A stretch of 63,408 nucleotides of DNA, filler included, from Nitrospirae bacterium CG2_30_53_67 (lineage in GTDB: Bacteria > CG2-30-53-67), in assembly GCA_001873285.1 (NCBI GenBank). It is 7 parts of 7 records of this genome, joined end to end, with 100 filler letters (N's around TTAATTAATTAA, not from the genome) between each part and the next. Parts side by side here need not be neighbours in the genome. Positions count along the whole stretch, not along the records: positions 24,635 to 30,564 come from MNYV01000034.1; positions 30,665 to 36,653 come from MNYV01000127.1; positions 36,754 to 42,654 come from MNYV01000092.1; 4 more parts are not named here. One strand, 5' to 3'. The notes under the pieces are model-generated. The model made no database searches. It was not told the origin of the DNA and saw only the letters and a list, made by a program, of their open reading frames with translations. The position numbers were made by a program, and so were the translations under genes. Below, piece by piece: positions 28,346 to 38,610 of the stretch; position 1 is the stretch's first letter; each line of letters opens with the position of its first letter.

Positions 28346-29668
28346 ATGGAGATGGATCAAATGCGAAAACCTGTGGTGGCCATTGTGGGAAGGCCCAACG
28401 TGGGGAAATCTACGCTCTTCAACCGGCTCATCCGGAAAAGAAAGGCCATTGTCGGCGATCTTCCGGGCATCACAAGGGATCGAAATTATGCCGTAACGGA
28501 ATTCGATCAATGCCCCTTTATTCTGGTCGACACCGGAGGCTTTGTTCCGGACTCCCAAGACCCCATCATGAAGCAGATGATGGAGCAGGTTCAGTTGGCC
28601 GTAGAAGAGGCGGATTGTATCCTCCTCATCTTAGATGCCAAAGAGGGATTGAATCCTATGGACCGGGAGATCCATGATCTCCTCCGCAAAAAAAATAAGA
28701 CGGTCCTTCCGGTGGTCAATAAAGTCGACGGGGCCAAACAGGAAGGCGCAGTCTATGATTTTTACGAGCTCGGAGCGGATCGTCTCTTTGCCGTCTCTGC
28801 GGAACACGGCATCGGGATCCATGATCTGATGGAAGAGATCGTCCGATCATTCCCCCAGGGAGAACCCGGAGGCGAGGAAGCCTTCACGAGGATCAGTGTC
28901 ATCGGAAGGCCTAATGCCGGCAAATCCACGCTCATCAACGCCCTGATCGGTGAGAATCGGCTGATCACAAGCGAGGTCCCCGGAACCACCAGGGATACCA
29001 TCGACACCCTCTTTGAGTATCAGGGAGAGTCGTATCTCCTCATAGACACCGCCGGAATCCGGCAGAAATCCAAAATCACCCACCGGGTTGAAACCTACAG
29101 TGTCATCATGGTTCTGAAGAGCATCGAGCGGTCGGACATCTGTTTGATCCTCATCGATGCCGCAAAGGGGGTCACCGAACAGGATCTCAGGGTAGCGGGC
29201 CTCGCCCATGAGGCCGACAAGGCCTCCATCCTGCTGGTGAACAAATGGGATCTGGTTAAAAAGCAGATTAATCAAAAGCAATTTCTGGAGGATCTCCGAT
29301 TCCAGCTCAAATTCATGGACTATGCCCCGGTCCTTTTTGTCTCGGCCCTGACCGGAGAGCAATTGAAAAAAATCTTCCCCGTTATTCAAGAGGTTAAAAG
29401 ATCCTATGACCGGAGGGTCACGACGGCCAAAGTGAACCAGGCCTTACAGCAAGCGGTTTCCAATCATGAACCTCCTTACTACAGGAGATCCAGGATCAAA
29501 TTCTTTTACGGGACCCAGATCGAAACGGCGCCCCCGACCTTCGTCCTCTTCGTCAATGCCCCAGCCGGAGTCCATTTTTCCTATCGGCGTTATATTTCCA
29601 ACCAGATCCGCAGCCGTTTAGACTTCCCTCATGTGCCGATCCGGGTCTTTCTGAAAAAAAGGAAGTAA
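28346..29668 (+). CDS. der: ribosome biogenesis GTPase Der
   Basis: Two G domains (GRPNVGKS, DTGG, NKVD; GRPNAGKS, DTAG, NKWD) plus KH-like C-terminus. Confidence 0.97.
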   Translation: MEMDQMRKPVVAIVGRPNVGKSTLFNRLIRKRKAIVGDLPGITRDRNYAVTEFDQCPFILVDTGGFVPDSQDPIMKQMMEQVQLAVEEADCILLILDAKEGLNPMDREIHDLLRKKNKTVLPVVNKVDGAKQEGAVYDFYELGADRLFAVSAEHGIGIHDLMEEIVRSFPQGEPGGEEAFTRISVIGRPNAGKSTLINALIGENRLITSEVPGTTRDTIDTLFEYQGESYLLIDTAGIRQKSKITHRVETYSVIMVLKSIERSDICLILIDAAKGVTEQDLRVAGLAHEADKASILLVNKWDLVKKQINQKQFLEDLRFQLKFMDYAPVLFVSALTGEQLKKIFPVIQEVKRSYDRRVTTAKVNQALQQAVSNHEPPYYRRSRIKFFYGTQIETAPPTFVLFVNAPAGVHFSYRRYISNQIRSRLDFPHVPIRVFLKKRK

Positions 29669-29669
29669 G

Positions 29670-30564
29670 TTATGCCTTGAGCACACTTCGGATCAGGTTT
29701 GGATCCACGTCGTCCCGGATCACGACCTTACCGATCCTTTCAGGGAGGACAAAGCGGACCTTCCCATCCCTGACCTTCTTGTCGTGTGAAAGAATCCGGA
29801 TCACTTCCTCCGGATTCAGTGCAGGCAGGGCCGTCGGAAGCCCGATCATAGTCAGAAGCTTCTCCAGACGGGAAACCACGTCCTCATCACAGAGTTTCAT
29901 GGCATGCGAGATCCTGGCGGCAGCCGCCATGCCCATGGACACGGCCTCACCATGGACGTATCGGGTATATCCGGTCAGAGACTCTATGGCGTGGCCGAGG
30001 GTATGGCCGAAATTCAGGATCACCCGTCTTCCGGATTCGCGCTCGTCCTCCTCTACGATGGATGCCTTGGCCGCTGAGGAGGATCGGACCACCTCGGTCA
30101 TGGCTGAGGATTCCTGTTTCAATATCTCCTGGACGTGTGATTCCACAAAAGAAAAGAAACCGGGATCGAGGATCACCCCGTACTTCACCACCTCGGCCAT
30201 ACCTGCAAGCAGCTCTCTATCCGGGAGGGTTTTCATCAGACTCAGATCGCAGAGGACCAGCCTCGGCTGATAAAAAGCGCCGATGAGGTTCTTCCCCTTT
30301 GGATGATCCACACCGGTCTTACCGCCGATGGCGCTGTCCACCTGCGCCAGGAGGGTGGTGGGAATGTTGATGAAATGCACGCCTCGCATATAGGTGGCCG
30401 CGGCAAAGCCGGCCAGATCACCGATCACCCCGCCGCCCAGGGCCGCGATCGTGGACGTCCGGTCCATGTCGAAATCCACCAGGGCGTCATAAATTTTTTC
30501 CGCCATAGCAAGGGATTTATAAACCTCTCCGTCGGGGATCTCGATCATCCGCACACGGAATCCG
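29670..30564 (-). CDS. aroB: 3-dehydroquinate synthase (5'-truncated at gap)
   Basis: PDGE, ALGGGVIGDLAGF, PTTLLAQVDSAIGGKTG, KNLIGAFYQP, LNFGHTLGHAIE. Confidence 0.96.
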
Positions 30565-30664
30565 NNNNNNNNNNNNNNNNNNNNNNNNNNNNNNNNNNNN
30601 NNNNNNNNTTAATTAATTAANNNNNNNNNNNNNNNNNNNNNNNNNNNNNNNNNNNNNNNNNNNN
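30565..30664. other. artificial contig-joining spacer
   Basis: N-run/TTAATTAATTAA/N-run. Confidence 0.97.
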
Positions 30665-30927
30665 TGGTAAACGGCGATGCCGGCCTGCGCGAGTTTCATG
30701 AGTGCGCCCTGGCCGATCCCCCCGACCACCACGCCGTCTACGTGCTGTCCATCGAGGGCCCTGAGCGGTTCGCACATGCCGTGGGCATGATGCTGGTCGG
30801 CGTTGTAAACGGTTGAGACATCCCGGCTCTCGGGATCCACCACCACAAATGCGGGGGCGGAACCGAAGTGACCGTAGACCTCGCTTTCAAAGGCGTCGGA
30901 CTTTTTCACGGGGAAACAAAGTTTCAT
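30665..30927 (-). CDS. NifB/NifX-family (FeMo-co-binding fold) protein, 3'-truncated
   Basis: HFGSAPAFVVVD, HHAHGMC, VVVGGIGQGA. Confidence 0.88.
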
Positions 30928-31229
30928 TTTAGTTCTCCTTTCATGTAAATGGGTTCTTCAAATACAAGGGCCTTGCCTTGGGAGAGGGCCATGGCCGACT
31001 TTTTCCTTGCGCTGGAGAGGATTCTCTGCACCGTGCCCCTGGATATCCCCATCCTTTCCCCTGCCTCTTCCTGTGTCAGACCGTCCAGGTCGCACAGTTT
31101 CAAGGACTCCAGCTCATCCTTGTAAAGGGGTATCCGTTCGACGTCCGTCATGGGGATCCCTGTGGGCTTGAATGACCTTCCACGCCATTGACAGCCGCAG
31201 GATCTGGGTTTCTTATATCTCGGGGACAT
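30924..31229 (-). CDS. DUF134 HTH protein
   Basis: PR.KKPR, FKPTGIP, DELESLKLCDLDGLTQEEAGERMGISRGTVQRIL.SARKK. Confidence 0.92.
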   Translation of the reverse strand: MSPRYKKPRSCGCQWRGRSFKPTGIPMTDVERIPLYKDELESLKLCDLDGLTQEEAGERMGISRGTVQRILSSARKKSAMALSQGKALVFEEPIYMKGELK

Positions 31230-31243
31230 GGGTTGGCCCTTTC

Positions 31244-31289
31244 ATATTGTGCATATGCACAATATAGACGCCTTATCCATTCTTGTCAA
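31244..31289 (-). promoter_or_regulatory. promoter with overlapping perfect palindromic operator
   Basis: Minus strand TTGACA-17-TATATT; palindrome ATATTGTGCATATGCACAATAT at 31244-31265. Confidence 0.7.
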
Positions 31290-31359
31290 GGGAGATTTTT
31301 ATGTTTTTATGTTTTTTCGGATTTCAGGTGGATTTTTTCTTGTGGGTACGGCAAGTGAA

Positions 31360-32094
31360 TTATTTTTTCGTCCAGCCCACGGCAGCCATGTAGAGGATCG
31401 TCTCCTCGATACCGTCGAGGCCGATCAGTCGGTTCACTTCATCATCAAAAAAGGCCGCAATGGCGCAGACCCCGAGGTCCAGCGCTTCGCCGGCCAGGTA
31501 GAGATTCTGGGCGATGTGACCGGCGTCGAGATAGATGTACCGGTATGCCCTTTGCTCGTATTTCCACTTGGCCCGTTCGACAAGGGCGGACCAGAGGAAG
31601 GTAACCTGCGCCTTCATGACCATGGTTTGGCCCAGGGCGGCCTTGGCAAATTCCTTGGAGAGATCCCCCCGCTGAAGAAACTCAAGGTCAAAGTGCCTGG
31701 GCCTGAAGTGATAGAGACCGTGTTCGAGGCCTTCAACGGCCCTGACAGAAAGGTAAGTCTCTACGGGATATAAGGCCCCTGCCGATGGCGCGGTTCTGAA
31801 CAGATGGTTCCCATGGCCGGACGTGATCCCCTGCGCCGCCCACAACAGGGAGGAGAGCAGTTCAAGTCCGAGAGGCCTGCTATCGTCAAAATTCCTCCTC
31901 GATCTTCTCTGAAGCAGAAGGCTCCACAAACCCGGTTCCCCTGAGAGGTCGGGTTTGGGGAGGGTCATGACCGATAGGGGGTCCTCGTAATACTTGAAGG
32001 GTTCAGGCCGACGGCGAAAGTCCAGGGAATGACCGCCGATCTTTCCGGGGTCGTACTTGGTCTCCTGCTGAAACCTCTCTCCAATGTCTTTCAT
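31360..32094 (-). CDS. SagB/ThcOx-family nitroreductase-fold dehydrogenase
   Basis: RRSRRNF, LLWAAQG, RTAPSAGALYPVETY, YLDAGHIAQNLYL. Confidence 0.9.
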   Translation of the reverse strand: MKDIGERFQQETKYDPGKIGGHSLDFRRRPEPFKYYEDPLSVMTLPKPDLSGEPGLWSLLLQRRSRRNFDDSRPLGLELLSSLLWAAQGITSGHGNHLFRTAPSAGALYPVETYLSVRAVEGLEHGLYHFRPRHFDLEFLQRGDLSKEFAKAALGQTMVMKAQVTFLWSALVERAKWKYEQRAYRYIYLDAGHIAQNLYLAGEALDLGVCAIAAFFDDEVNRLIGLDGIEETILYMAAVGWTKK

Positions 32095-32140
32095 GATTCT
32101 CTGATTTGCAATAAGCTTCTCAAATGCCCCGGTATTTGCG

Positions 32141-32752
32141 CTACTTCAGTGCCTCGTAAACCTTCCCGACCATCTTGGCCGAGGGCTTGAGGGTCTTGGC
32201 CCCTTCGATCCATCGTGCGGGACAGGCCTCATCGGGGTGTTTGGCCAGGTGGATGTTGGCCTTGAGTTTTCTAAGAAGTTCATCCACGTTCCTCCCCATG
32301 TTGTAGAAATTGACCTCCGAGGCCATGAGTTTCCCCTCGGGGTTGATGATATAGGTTCCCCGGAGGGCCAGACCTGAGGCGGGGTCATAGATGCCGAACA
32401 GCTTTGAAACGGCGCCGGTAGGGTCGGACCCCATGGAAAATTTCACCTTCTCCAGGAGCTTCTCATCGCGCTGCCAGGCCATGTGCACGAACTTGGTATC
32501 GGTACTGACCGTGATTAACTCGGCGCCCAGTTTTTTGAATTCATTCTGCCGATCTGCCAGATCAGCCATTTCCGTGGCTCAAACAAAGGTGAAGTCCGCC
32601 GGATAGAAAAAAAGGATGGTCCATTTCCCGGCTTTTTCCAGCGCGTTAAGGGAGGTTTTTCCGAAGTCGGACCGTTCCGGATCATAAGTCTCCAGGGCAA
32701 AGTCCGGAACCGTCTGTCCCACCTGTAGTCCGTAAGCAAGTTCCTGTGTCAT
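32141..32752 (-). CDS. selenocysteine-containing AhpC-type peroxiredoxin (203 aa, Sec at codon 58)
   Basis: ORF-track pieces 32579-32851 and 32141-32569 are in one frame; FFYPADFTFV-TGA-ATEMADL with TGA at 32579-32581; GGAGG RBS before ATG 32752; resolving ACPARW. Confidence 0.9.
32548..32566 (-). promoter_or_regulatory. bacterial SECIS-like hairpin
   Basis: GCUGAUCU-GGC-AGAUCGGC starting 12 nt after the UGA; G at the first loop position. Confidence 0.7.
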
Positions 32753-32783
32753 CTCATCCTCCTGATTGTTGATTAATAAAGTT

Positions 32784-32901
32784 GGTTCTTCTCCCATATA
32801 GTGGGTAAAAAGGGTTTGAAGGTTGAAGAACCATAGGGTTATAGGATTCAAGGGGTCAAGGGTTCAAGTGAAATACTGACGGCTGGAATTCTTGACCCCT
32901 G
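32784..32901. repeat. family B remnants: 49-bp mini element (32784-32832) plus 8-mer tract
   Basis: ggttcttctcccatatagtgggtaaaaag is nearly the reverse complement of the right end of 14653-14929; ends ttgaagaacc; then ggattcaaggggtcaagggttcaagtg. Confidence 0.65.
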
Positions 32902-32957
32902 TCTATGGAGTATAATCGTCATTGTCTGTTTTGGCAAATGGGCGGTTCCCTCCGGGT

Positions 32958-33677
32958 CTATTGGGGATGGACATGGTTATTCGTAAACTCCACGATGTGA
33001 CAGACGATTTCCTCAGGGGTTTTGCAGACCTGGAGCAGGTCCAGATCCTTGGGAGAGATGCATTTCTCAGTAAGCATGGTCTTCCTGAAGAATTCAAGGA
33101 TCGGCTCCCAGTATCCGGGATCATAGAGGACGATGGGGAAGTGATCGATCTTGTCGGTCTGGGCGAGGGTCAGGGATTCGAAGAGCTCATCCAGGGTCCC
33201 GAAGCCCCCGGGAAAGATGACAAAGGCGGTGGAATATTTTACGAACATGAGTTTGCGGACGAAAAAGTATCTGAACTCCAGGGAGATGTCCTGGAAGGGG
33301 TTCGGGGTCTGCTCAAAGGAGAGTTCAATGTTGCATCCTACGGAGATGCCGCCCCCTTCCTGCGCCCCCTGGTTGGCCGCGGCCATGATGCCCGGGCCGC
33401 CGCCGGTGATGATGGGATAGCCCTTCTCCGAGAGGAGACGAGCGGTCTCGCGTGCGGCCTGGTAATAGCGGTGTGTCTCCTCTGTCCGGGCGGAGCCGAA
33501 GATGGCCACGGCGCCGTGGATCTCGTGTAGGTTCTCGAAACCTTCCACCACCTCGCCCAGGATCCGGAGGGCCCTCCAGGGATCCTTTTTCGTAAAGTCC
33601 TCCCTCTCTTTCAATGGCGGGGTGCGGAGCAGTTCACGGTCTTCGTTAACGGACTTCTTGCATTTTCTCTTCATCAA
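32958..33677 (-). CDS. LOG-family (TIGR00730) nucleotide phosphoribohydrolase
   Basis: IFGSAR, TGGGPGIMAAAN, YFFVRKLMF, PGGFGTLDELFE. Confidence 0.93.
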   Translation of the reverse strand: MMKRKCKKSVNEDRELLRTPPLKEREDFTKKDPWRALRILGEVVEGFENLHEIHGAVAIFGSARTEETHRYYQAARETARLLSEKGYPIITGGGPGIMAAANQGAQEGGGISVGCNIELSFEQTPNPFQDISLEFRYFFVRKLMFVKYSTAFVIFPGGFGTLDELFESLTLAQTDKIDHFPIVLYDPGYWEPILEFFRKTMLTEKCISPKDLDLLQVCKTPEEIVCHIVEFTNNHVHPQ

Positions 33678-33699
33678 ACGTCCTCATTTCAGGGATGCC

Positions 33700-33741
33700 A
33701 AGAAACGGGAAGCCCCTCTGTGTCGAGAAAGGGGCTTTCCC
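33700..33741 (-). terminator. probable intrinsic terminator after trpB2
   Basis: Minus strand gggaaagcccct...aggggcttccc hairpin followed by gtttctt. Confidence 0.55.
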
Positions 33742-33762
33742 TAGATGACAGCCGGCCATGAC

Positions 33763-35121
33763 TTACGGTTTGACCTTCGGCAGGTTCGCAAGGGCGGCCT
33801 TGATCTTGGCCTCCGGATAAGCGCAGTCCGTGAGTTTGCCGGAGAGGTAGTCATCATAGGCGCTCATGTCGAAGTGCCCGTGTCCGGAGAAGTTGAACAG
33901 GATGACCCGTTTTTCTTTGCGTTTTTTGGCCTCGAGCGCCTCGTCGATGGCGGCGCGGATGGCATGCGAGGTCTCCGGGGCGGGGATGGTCCCCTCGGAT
34001 CGGGCGAACATGAGCGCCGCCTCAAAACAGGTGAGCTGCGGGTAGGCCCTGGCCTCGATCACACCGGCATGCACAAGCTGGCAGAGGAGCGGGGCGTCCC
34101 CGTGGTAGCGGAGACCTCCGGCATGAATGCCCGGCGGGACAAAGTCGTGCCCGAGGGTATGCATCTTGACGACCGGGGCCATCCTTGCGGTATCTCCATA
34201 GTCAAAGGTATAGGGGCCTTTGGTGAGGGTGGGGCAGCTTGCGGGTTCTACGCCAAGGAGCCGCACCTTCTTGCCTGCCGCCTTGTCCGGCACAAAGGGG
34301 AAAGAGAGGCCGGAGAAGTTGGAACCGCCCCCCACACAGCCGATGACCACGTCCGGGTACTCGCCGGCGATCTCCATCTGCTTTTTAGCTTCGAGGCCGA
34401 GGATGGTCTGGTGCATGCAGACGTGATTGAGCACGCTCCCCAGGGAATAATGGGCATCAGGGTCGGTGGCCGCCTTCTCTACGGCCTCGCTGATGGCGAT
34501 GCCGAGGCTCCCGGGATTGTCCGGGTCCTTTTTCAGCAGTTCCCGGCCGTAGTTGGTCTGGTCCGAAGGGCTGGCAAAGACCTTGGCGCCCCAGACATGC
34601 ATGAGCGAACGGCGATAGGGTTTCTGGTTGTAGCTGACCTTGACCATGTAGACCTGCAGCTCGATATTAAAAAAGTTGCAGGCCATGGCCATGGCCGATC
34701 CCCACTGGCCCGCCCCGGTTTCGGTGACTATCCGTTTGGTCCCTTCCTTCTTGTTGTAATAGGCCTGAGCGACCGCGGTATTGGGCTTATGGCTTCCGGC
34801 CGGTGAGACGCTCTCGTTCTTGTAATAGATATGGGCCGGGGTGTCGAGGAGCTTTTCGAGCCGCGTTGCCCGAACCAGCGGTGTCGGCCTCCAGATAGAA
34901 TAAATCTTCATCACCTCATCCGGGATCTTGATCCAGCGTTCGCCGCTCACTTCCTGTTCGATGAGCCCCATGGGAAAGAGGGGAGTCAGATCACCCGGTG
35001 AGACCGGCTGCAATGTCGCCGGGTGAAGGACCGGCGCCGGGGGGCCTGGAAGGTCCGGGATCACATTGTACCATTGGGTCGGCATTTCGCTTTGTTTGAG
35101 ATAGATACGGTTTTCCATCAT
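33763..35121 (-). CDS. trpB2: TrpB2-type tryptophan synthase beta-like PLP enzyme
   Basis: [51 protein letters not shown]. Confidence 0.93.
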   Translation of the reverse strand: MMENRIYLKQSEMPTQWYNVIPDLPGPPAPVLHPATLQPVSPGDLTPLFPMGLIEQEVSGERWIKIPDEVMKIYSIWRPTPLVRATRLEKLLDTPAHIYYKNESVSPAGSHKPNTAVAQAYYNKKEGTKRIVTETGAGQWGSAMAMACNFFNIELQVYMVKVSYNQKPYRRSLMHVWGAKVFASPSDQTNYGRELLKKDPDNPGSLGIAISEAVEKAATDPDAHYSLGSVLNHVCMHQTILGLEAKKQMEIAGEYPDVVIGCVGGGSNFSGLSFPFVPDKAAGKKVRLLGVEPASCPTLTKGPYTFDYGDTARMAPVVKMHTLGHDFVPPGIHAGGLRYHGDAPLLCQLVHAGVIEARAYPQLTCFEAALMFARSEGTIPAPETSHAIRAAIDEALEAKKRKEKRVILFNFSGHGHFDMSAYDDYLSGKLTDCAYPEAKIKAALANLPKVKP

Positions 35122-35311
35122 GTTTCTCCTCAGGAAAGGTTATAGCCGGAATATACCGGGAAATACGGCACCGGCATGGGATCAGCGTTTTGAATGGGAA
35201 CGTTTAGGACGCAAGCAAACCTTCCACGGGCATAAATTACCAAGACCGTTTATAAATGTCAATAAAGGAAAAATCCAGCCCTGAAAATACAGGTGAAATG
35301 CCCGGAAAGAG

Positions 35312-36653
35312 CTATTTCCGGAGGAAAAAGAATTCTTCGAAAAGCCGCGGGTCATCGAACGTTCTCTCGCCGATCAGGGCGGTCCCATGATGTCCCCTTT
35401 GCCGCATGCTGCCGATATCAGGAATCCCTGCCGGAAAGAAAAGAAAACGCTCGGGCCTTTCCGTCTCCCCTTTCACGATCCCCTCGGGGCTGAATATGCT
35501 CTCATTCCGTCCGCTGTCCCTCGGAAGAGATTCCAGGACGTCGTAAGGGAGAAGGGTATAGGTGATAGGGGTGCCGGCCGAAAAGCCGGTGTAGTGAATG
35601 CGTTCCACCCAGTGCCTTCGGGTTCCGATCCGGACGGAGAGCCTGGATCCAGGCTCATACGGAGGGAGCCACTGAGGGACAAAGGCATCTTCCCGGAACA
35701 GTTCGGTCTTGGGTCCCCTGAAAATCTTTTCCGAGGGAAAGAAGAAGTGATAACATCCGCAGTTGTGGATCACGTCGACCATGGCCGGCTCCCCTGCCGG
35801 AAGAAGCGTGATCCTCAGGTTCATGCCGTGGATCCTGCCTGACTCAATATCGAGCAGGCCGGTCCTGGGTCTTTGTTTGTACCAGATTACATAGTTCAAC
35901 TGGAGAAGGGGACTTCCTCTCAGTATGGCATGGGTCGCATAATAATAGACTGCGGGGCGCTCCGTGTCCACGGCCATGTGCGGACCTTGCCAGACCACGA
36001 TACCCGGGAGGTCATAGTCCCCTGTCACATCCTGTTCCAGCACCGGGGCATAGCGCTCTGCAATCCACTTCAGCTCCTGATCGCTGAGCAGTGGAATTCC
36101 GAGAGGATTTTGAGATGCCTTTAAAAGCAGGCCCTCAACCGTGTTCCCATTGAGATCCGGCATCTGAGATATACCGGGAGAAAAAAGGGTCAGGGTTCCA
36201 CGGGGCTCAAGATCTTCGATGGGGACGGCATACTGTCTTGAGACCTTGGCCTTGTAGTTTGCGATCCCTAATCCGATAGGAATTGTAAACAGGGGATAAA
36301 GTCCCAGGACCTTTCTTGCTCTCCGGTATTCCGAAGGGATCTCCTCCGAATTCAGGGCGAGCGTACTCCATCCGACGTTCTTTTTTGCATGACTCAGGAG
36401 CGCCTGGGCGCATTCATGGGCATCGGCCTTTAAAGATTCTCGAAGGTCCTGGGACGACGGCTCACCGATCCCGGGCCCGCTCTTCAGCCCGTGCAGCCAT
36501 GGAGCCAAGGCCGCATCCGGCAGGTTCTCGATCTCCTTGTTGACGGCCAGGCTCCCTTCCTGATCGAGCAGATTCAACCACTGTTCACCCTCGGCCTGGT
36601 CCGTGATGAAATACTTCATCTCCTCCAGGAAACGGGTCGTCCTCGTGAGGGGT
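35312..36653 (-). CDS. conserved hypothetical protein (5'-truncated at gap)
   Basis: Frame open from the gap (PLTRTTRFLEEMKYF...); motifs IHNCGCYH and GSMRQRGHH; function not recognised. Confidence 0.75.
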
Positions 36654-36753
36654 NNNNNNNNNNNNNNNNNNNNNNNNNNNNNNNNNNNNNNNNNNNNTTA
36701 ATTAATTAANNNNNNNNNNNNNNNNNNNNNNNNNNNNNNNNNNNNNNNNNNNN
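36654..36753. other. artificial contig-joining spacer
   Basis: N-run/TTAATTAATTAA/N-run. Confidence 0.97.
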
Positions 36754-36754
36754 C

Positions 36755-37159
36755 TTTCATGTCTCCAAGCCCTCGGACCTGATCCCGGAACTGCAGGGGC
36801 GTTTTCCCATCCGGGTGGAGCTCAAGTCCCTGGGCAAGGAGGACCTCGTGCGGATTCTGACCGAGCCGAAAAACGCCCTGATCAAACAGTACATGGCCAT
36901 GCTCGGGACAGAAGGGTTCCATCTCACCTTCACCACGGACGGCATCGAAGAGATCGCGGTCATCGCCACTCAGGTGAACGAGCAGTCCGAAAATATCGGA
37001 GCGAGAAGGCTCTACACGATTCTGGAGAAGCTTCTTTCCGATATTTCCTTCAACGCCCCGGATGCAGAGACCCGGGAGTCGGTCATAGACAGACAGGCAG
37101 TCCGTCAGTGCCTGAAGGATATCGTGCAGAACCAGGACCTGTCGCGGTATATTCTGTAA
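36755..37159 (+). CDS. hslU: HslU protease ATPase subunit, C-terminal part
   Basis: [46 protein letters not shown]. Confidence 0.96.
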   Translation, partial: FHVSKPSDLIPELQGRFPIRVELKSLGKEDLVRILTEPKNALIKQYMAMLGTEGFHLTFTTDGIEEIAVIATQVNEQSENIGARRLYTILEKLLSDISFNAPDAETRESVIDRQAVRQCLKDIVQNQDLSRYIL

Positions 37160-37225
37160 AAAGATGAGAATGAAACCACAGAGGGGGATAGAATTTATAC
37201 ACAGCGTCATAAGCAAACGACACCT

Positions 37226-37296
37226 TGTCATTCCCCGACTCGATCGGGGAATCCAGCTATTCAAACTGGATTGTCCGGTCAAGCCGGACAATGACA
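37226..37296. repeat. family D palindromic (RPE-like) element
   Basis: tgtcattccccgactcgatcggggaatccag ... ctggattgtccggtcaagccggacaatgaca, two hairpins in inverted arrangement. Confidence 0.75.
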
Positions 37297-37453
37297 AACA
37301 GCCTAAAACTTTGGTCATTCTGTATAATATACTTTGAAGATAATGCACAATCATTTAAGACGTTGAGTATAAATCTTGTCTATCCTTATTAATATTCAAG
37401 GATTTCTCTGTGGTTAGGTTTCGGCAATGCGATGAAATGAGCCGAGGAAAATC

Positions 37454-38356
37454 ATGAAAAAATTTCTGCGGACCGCCGACGTTCTGATCGAGGCCCTCCC
37501 CTATATCCGGAGGTTTGAGGGAAAGACCATCGTCATCAAGTACGGCGGGAGTGCCATGATCAACGAGGAGTTAAAAAGGGTCTTTGTCCTGGACATCATC
37601 CTCATGAAGTATGTGGGAATCCACCCGGTGATCGTGCACGGCGGAGGCCCCCAGATCGGCAAAATCATGAAGAAGATGGGGAAGATCCCGAAGTTCATCC
37701 TGGGCCAGCGGGTCACGGATGAGGAGACCATGGACATCGTCCAGATGGTCCTCGGCGGCAAGATCAACAAGGATATTGTTTCTCTGATCAATAACAACGG
37801 CGGAAAAGCCGTGGGGCTGACCGGCAAGGACGGCCGCATGATCAGGGCAAAGAAGATGATCGTGAAAAAGCCCTCTCCTGAGACCGGGGTCCCGGAGATC
37901 ATCGACCTGGGCAAGGTCGGAGAGGTGGAGGAGGTCAACCCGGAGATCATCCGGGTGACCGAGCAGAGCGGATTCATCCCGGTCATCGCCCCTGTCGGAG
38001 AGGGGGAAAACGGGGATTCGTATAATATCAATGCCGACCTGGCGGCTGGAAGCATCGCGGCAGCCCTTTGTGCCGAAAAGCTGATCCTGCTGACCGACGT
38101 TCCCGGGATCCTAAACAAAAAGGGGCAACTGGTCCAGACGGCGACCAAGAGTCAAATCGAGCGGATGAAAAAAGATGGAACCATCACATCGGGCATGCTC
38201 CCCAAGGTCACGGCCTGCTTCAATGCCTTGAACGCCGGTGTGTGCAAGGCGCACATCATTGACGGACGGCTCAAGCATGCCGTGCTGCTGGAGCTCTTTA
38301 CCCGGGGAGGCGTGGGCACCGAGATCATCCTGAACAGGAACCGGAAGAAGAAATGA
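37454..38356 (+). CDS. argB: acetylglutamate kinase
   Basis: EALPYI, VIKYGGSAM, VHGGGPQI, YNINAD, GMLPKV, HIIDGR. Confidence 0.97.
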   Translation: MKKFLRTADVLIEALPYIRRFEGKTIVIKYGGSAMINEELKRVFVLDIILMKYVGIHPVIVHGGGPQIGKIMKKMGKIPKFILGQRVTDEETMDIVQMVLGGKINKDIVSLINNNGGKAVGLTGKDGRMIRAKKMIVKKPSPETGVPEIIDLGKVGEVEEVNPEIIRVTEQSGFIPVIAPVGEGENGDSYNINADLAAGSIAAALCAEKLILLTDVPGILNKKGQLVQTATKSQIERMKKDGTITSGMLPKVTACFNALNAGVCKAHIIDGRLKHAVLLELFTRGGVGTEIILNRNRKKK

Positions 38357-38408
38357 TGGTCTAAAGGGAGGAGAGAAATACTCGAAAACCTGAAGACCCA
38401 GGTATTCA

Positions 38409-38532
38409 TTCCCTCTCCCTTTGATGGGAGAGGGTGAGGGAGAGGGTGGGCAATACATCGTTTCACCCTCCCCTTAGTCCCCTCCTCTATGAGCCGTTGG
38501 CCCCGAGCCATAGGCCATCGAGGGAGGGGAGA
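38409..38532. repeat. family C REP-like pair with nested hairpin insertion
   Basis: ccctctcccttt gatgggagagggtgagggagagggtg ... caccctcccctt agtcccctcct[ctatgagccgttggccccgagccatagg]ccatcgagggagggga. Confidence 0.65.
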
Positions 38533-38610
38533 TCAGGAGTTCTCTCCTATGCCGGGGAGCGAAGTATCCCTCGTCCCAAGGTCGGAGATGGGAATCTGAA
38601 GAAGCGGACC

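Noticed and set aside
30665..30927. NifX-like gene as evidence of nitrogen fixation
   Set aside because: DUF134-linked NifB/NifX proteins are widespread in non-diazotrophic anaerobes; no nifHDK here.
31360..32094. SagB-like gene as a RiPP (azole) cluster
   Set aside because: No YcaO, precursor or transporter nearby; stand-alone members are common.
32141..32851. Peroxiredoxin as pseudogene or two genes
   Set aside because: The only stop is TGA exactly at the catalytic Cys, followed by a SECIS-like hairpin.
35122..35265. Trp attenuator upstream of trpB2
   Set aside because: The short ORF there (MPVEGLLAS) has no Trp codons and no T-box was seen.
38434..38610. N-terminal extension of ArgD in the ORF track
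   Set aside because: Read-through of a family C repeat; homology starts near ATG 38611.
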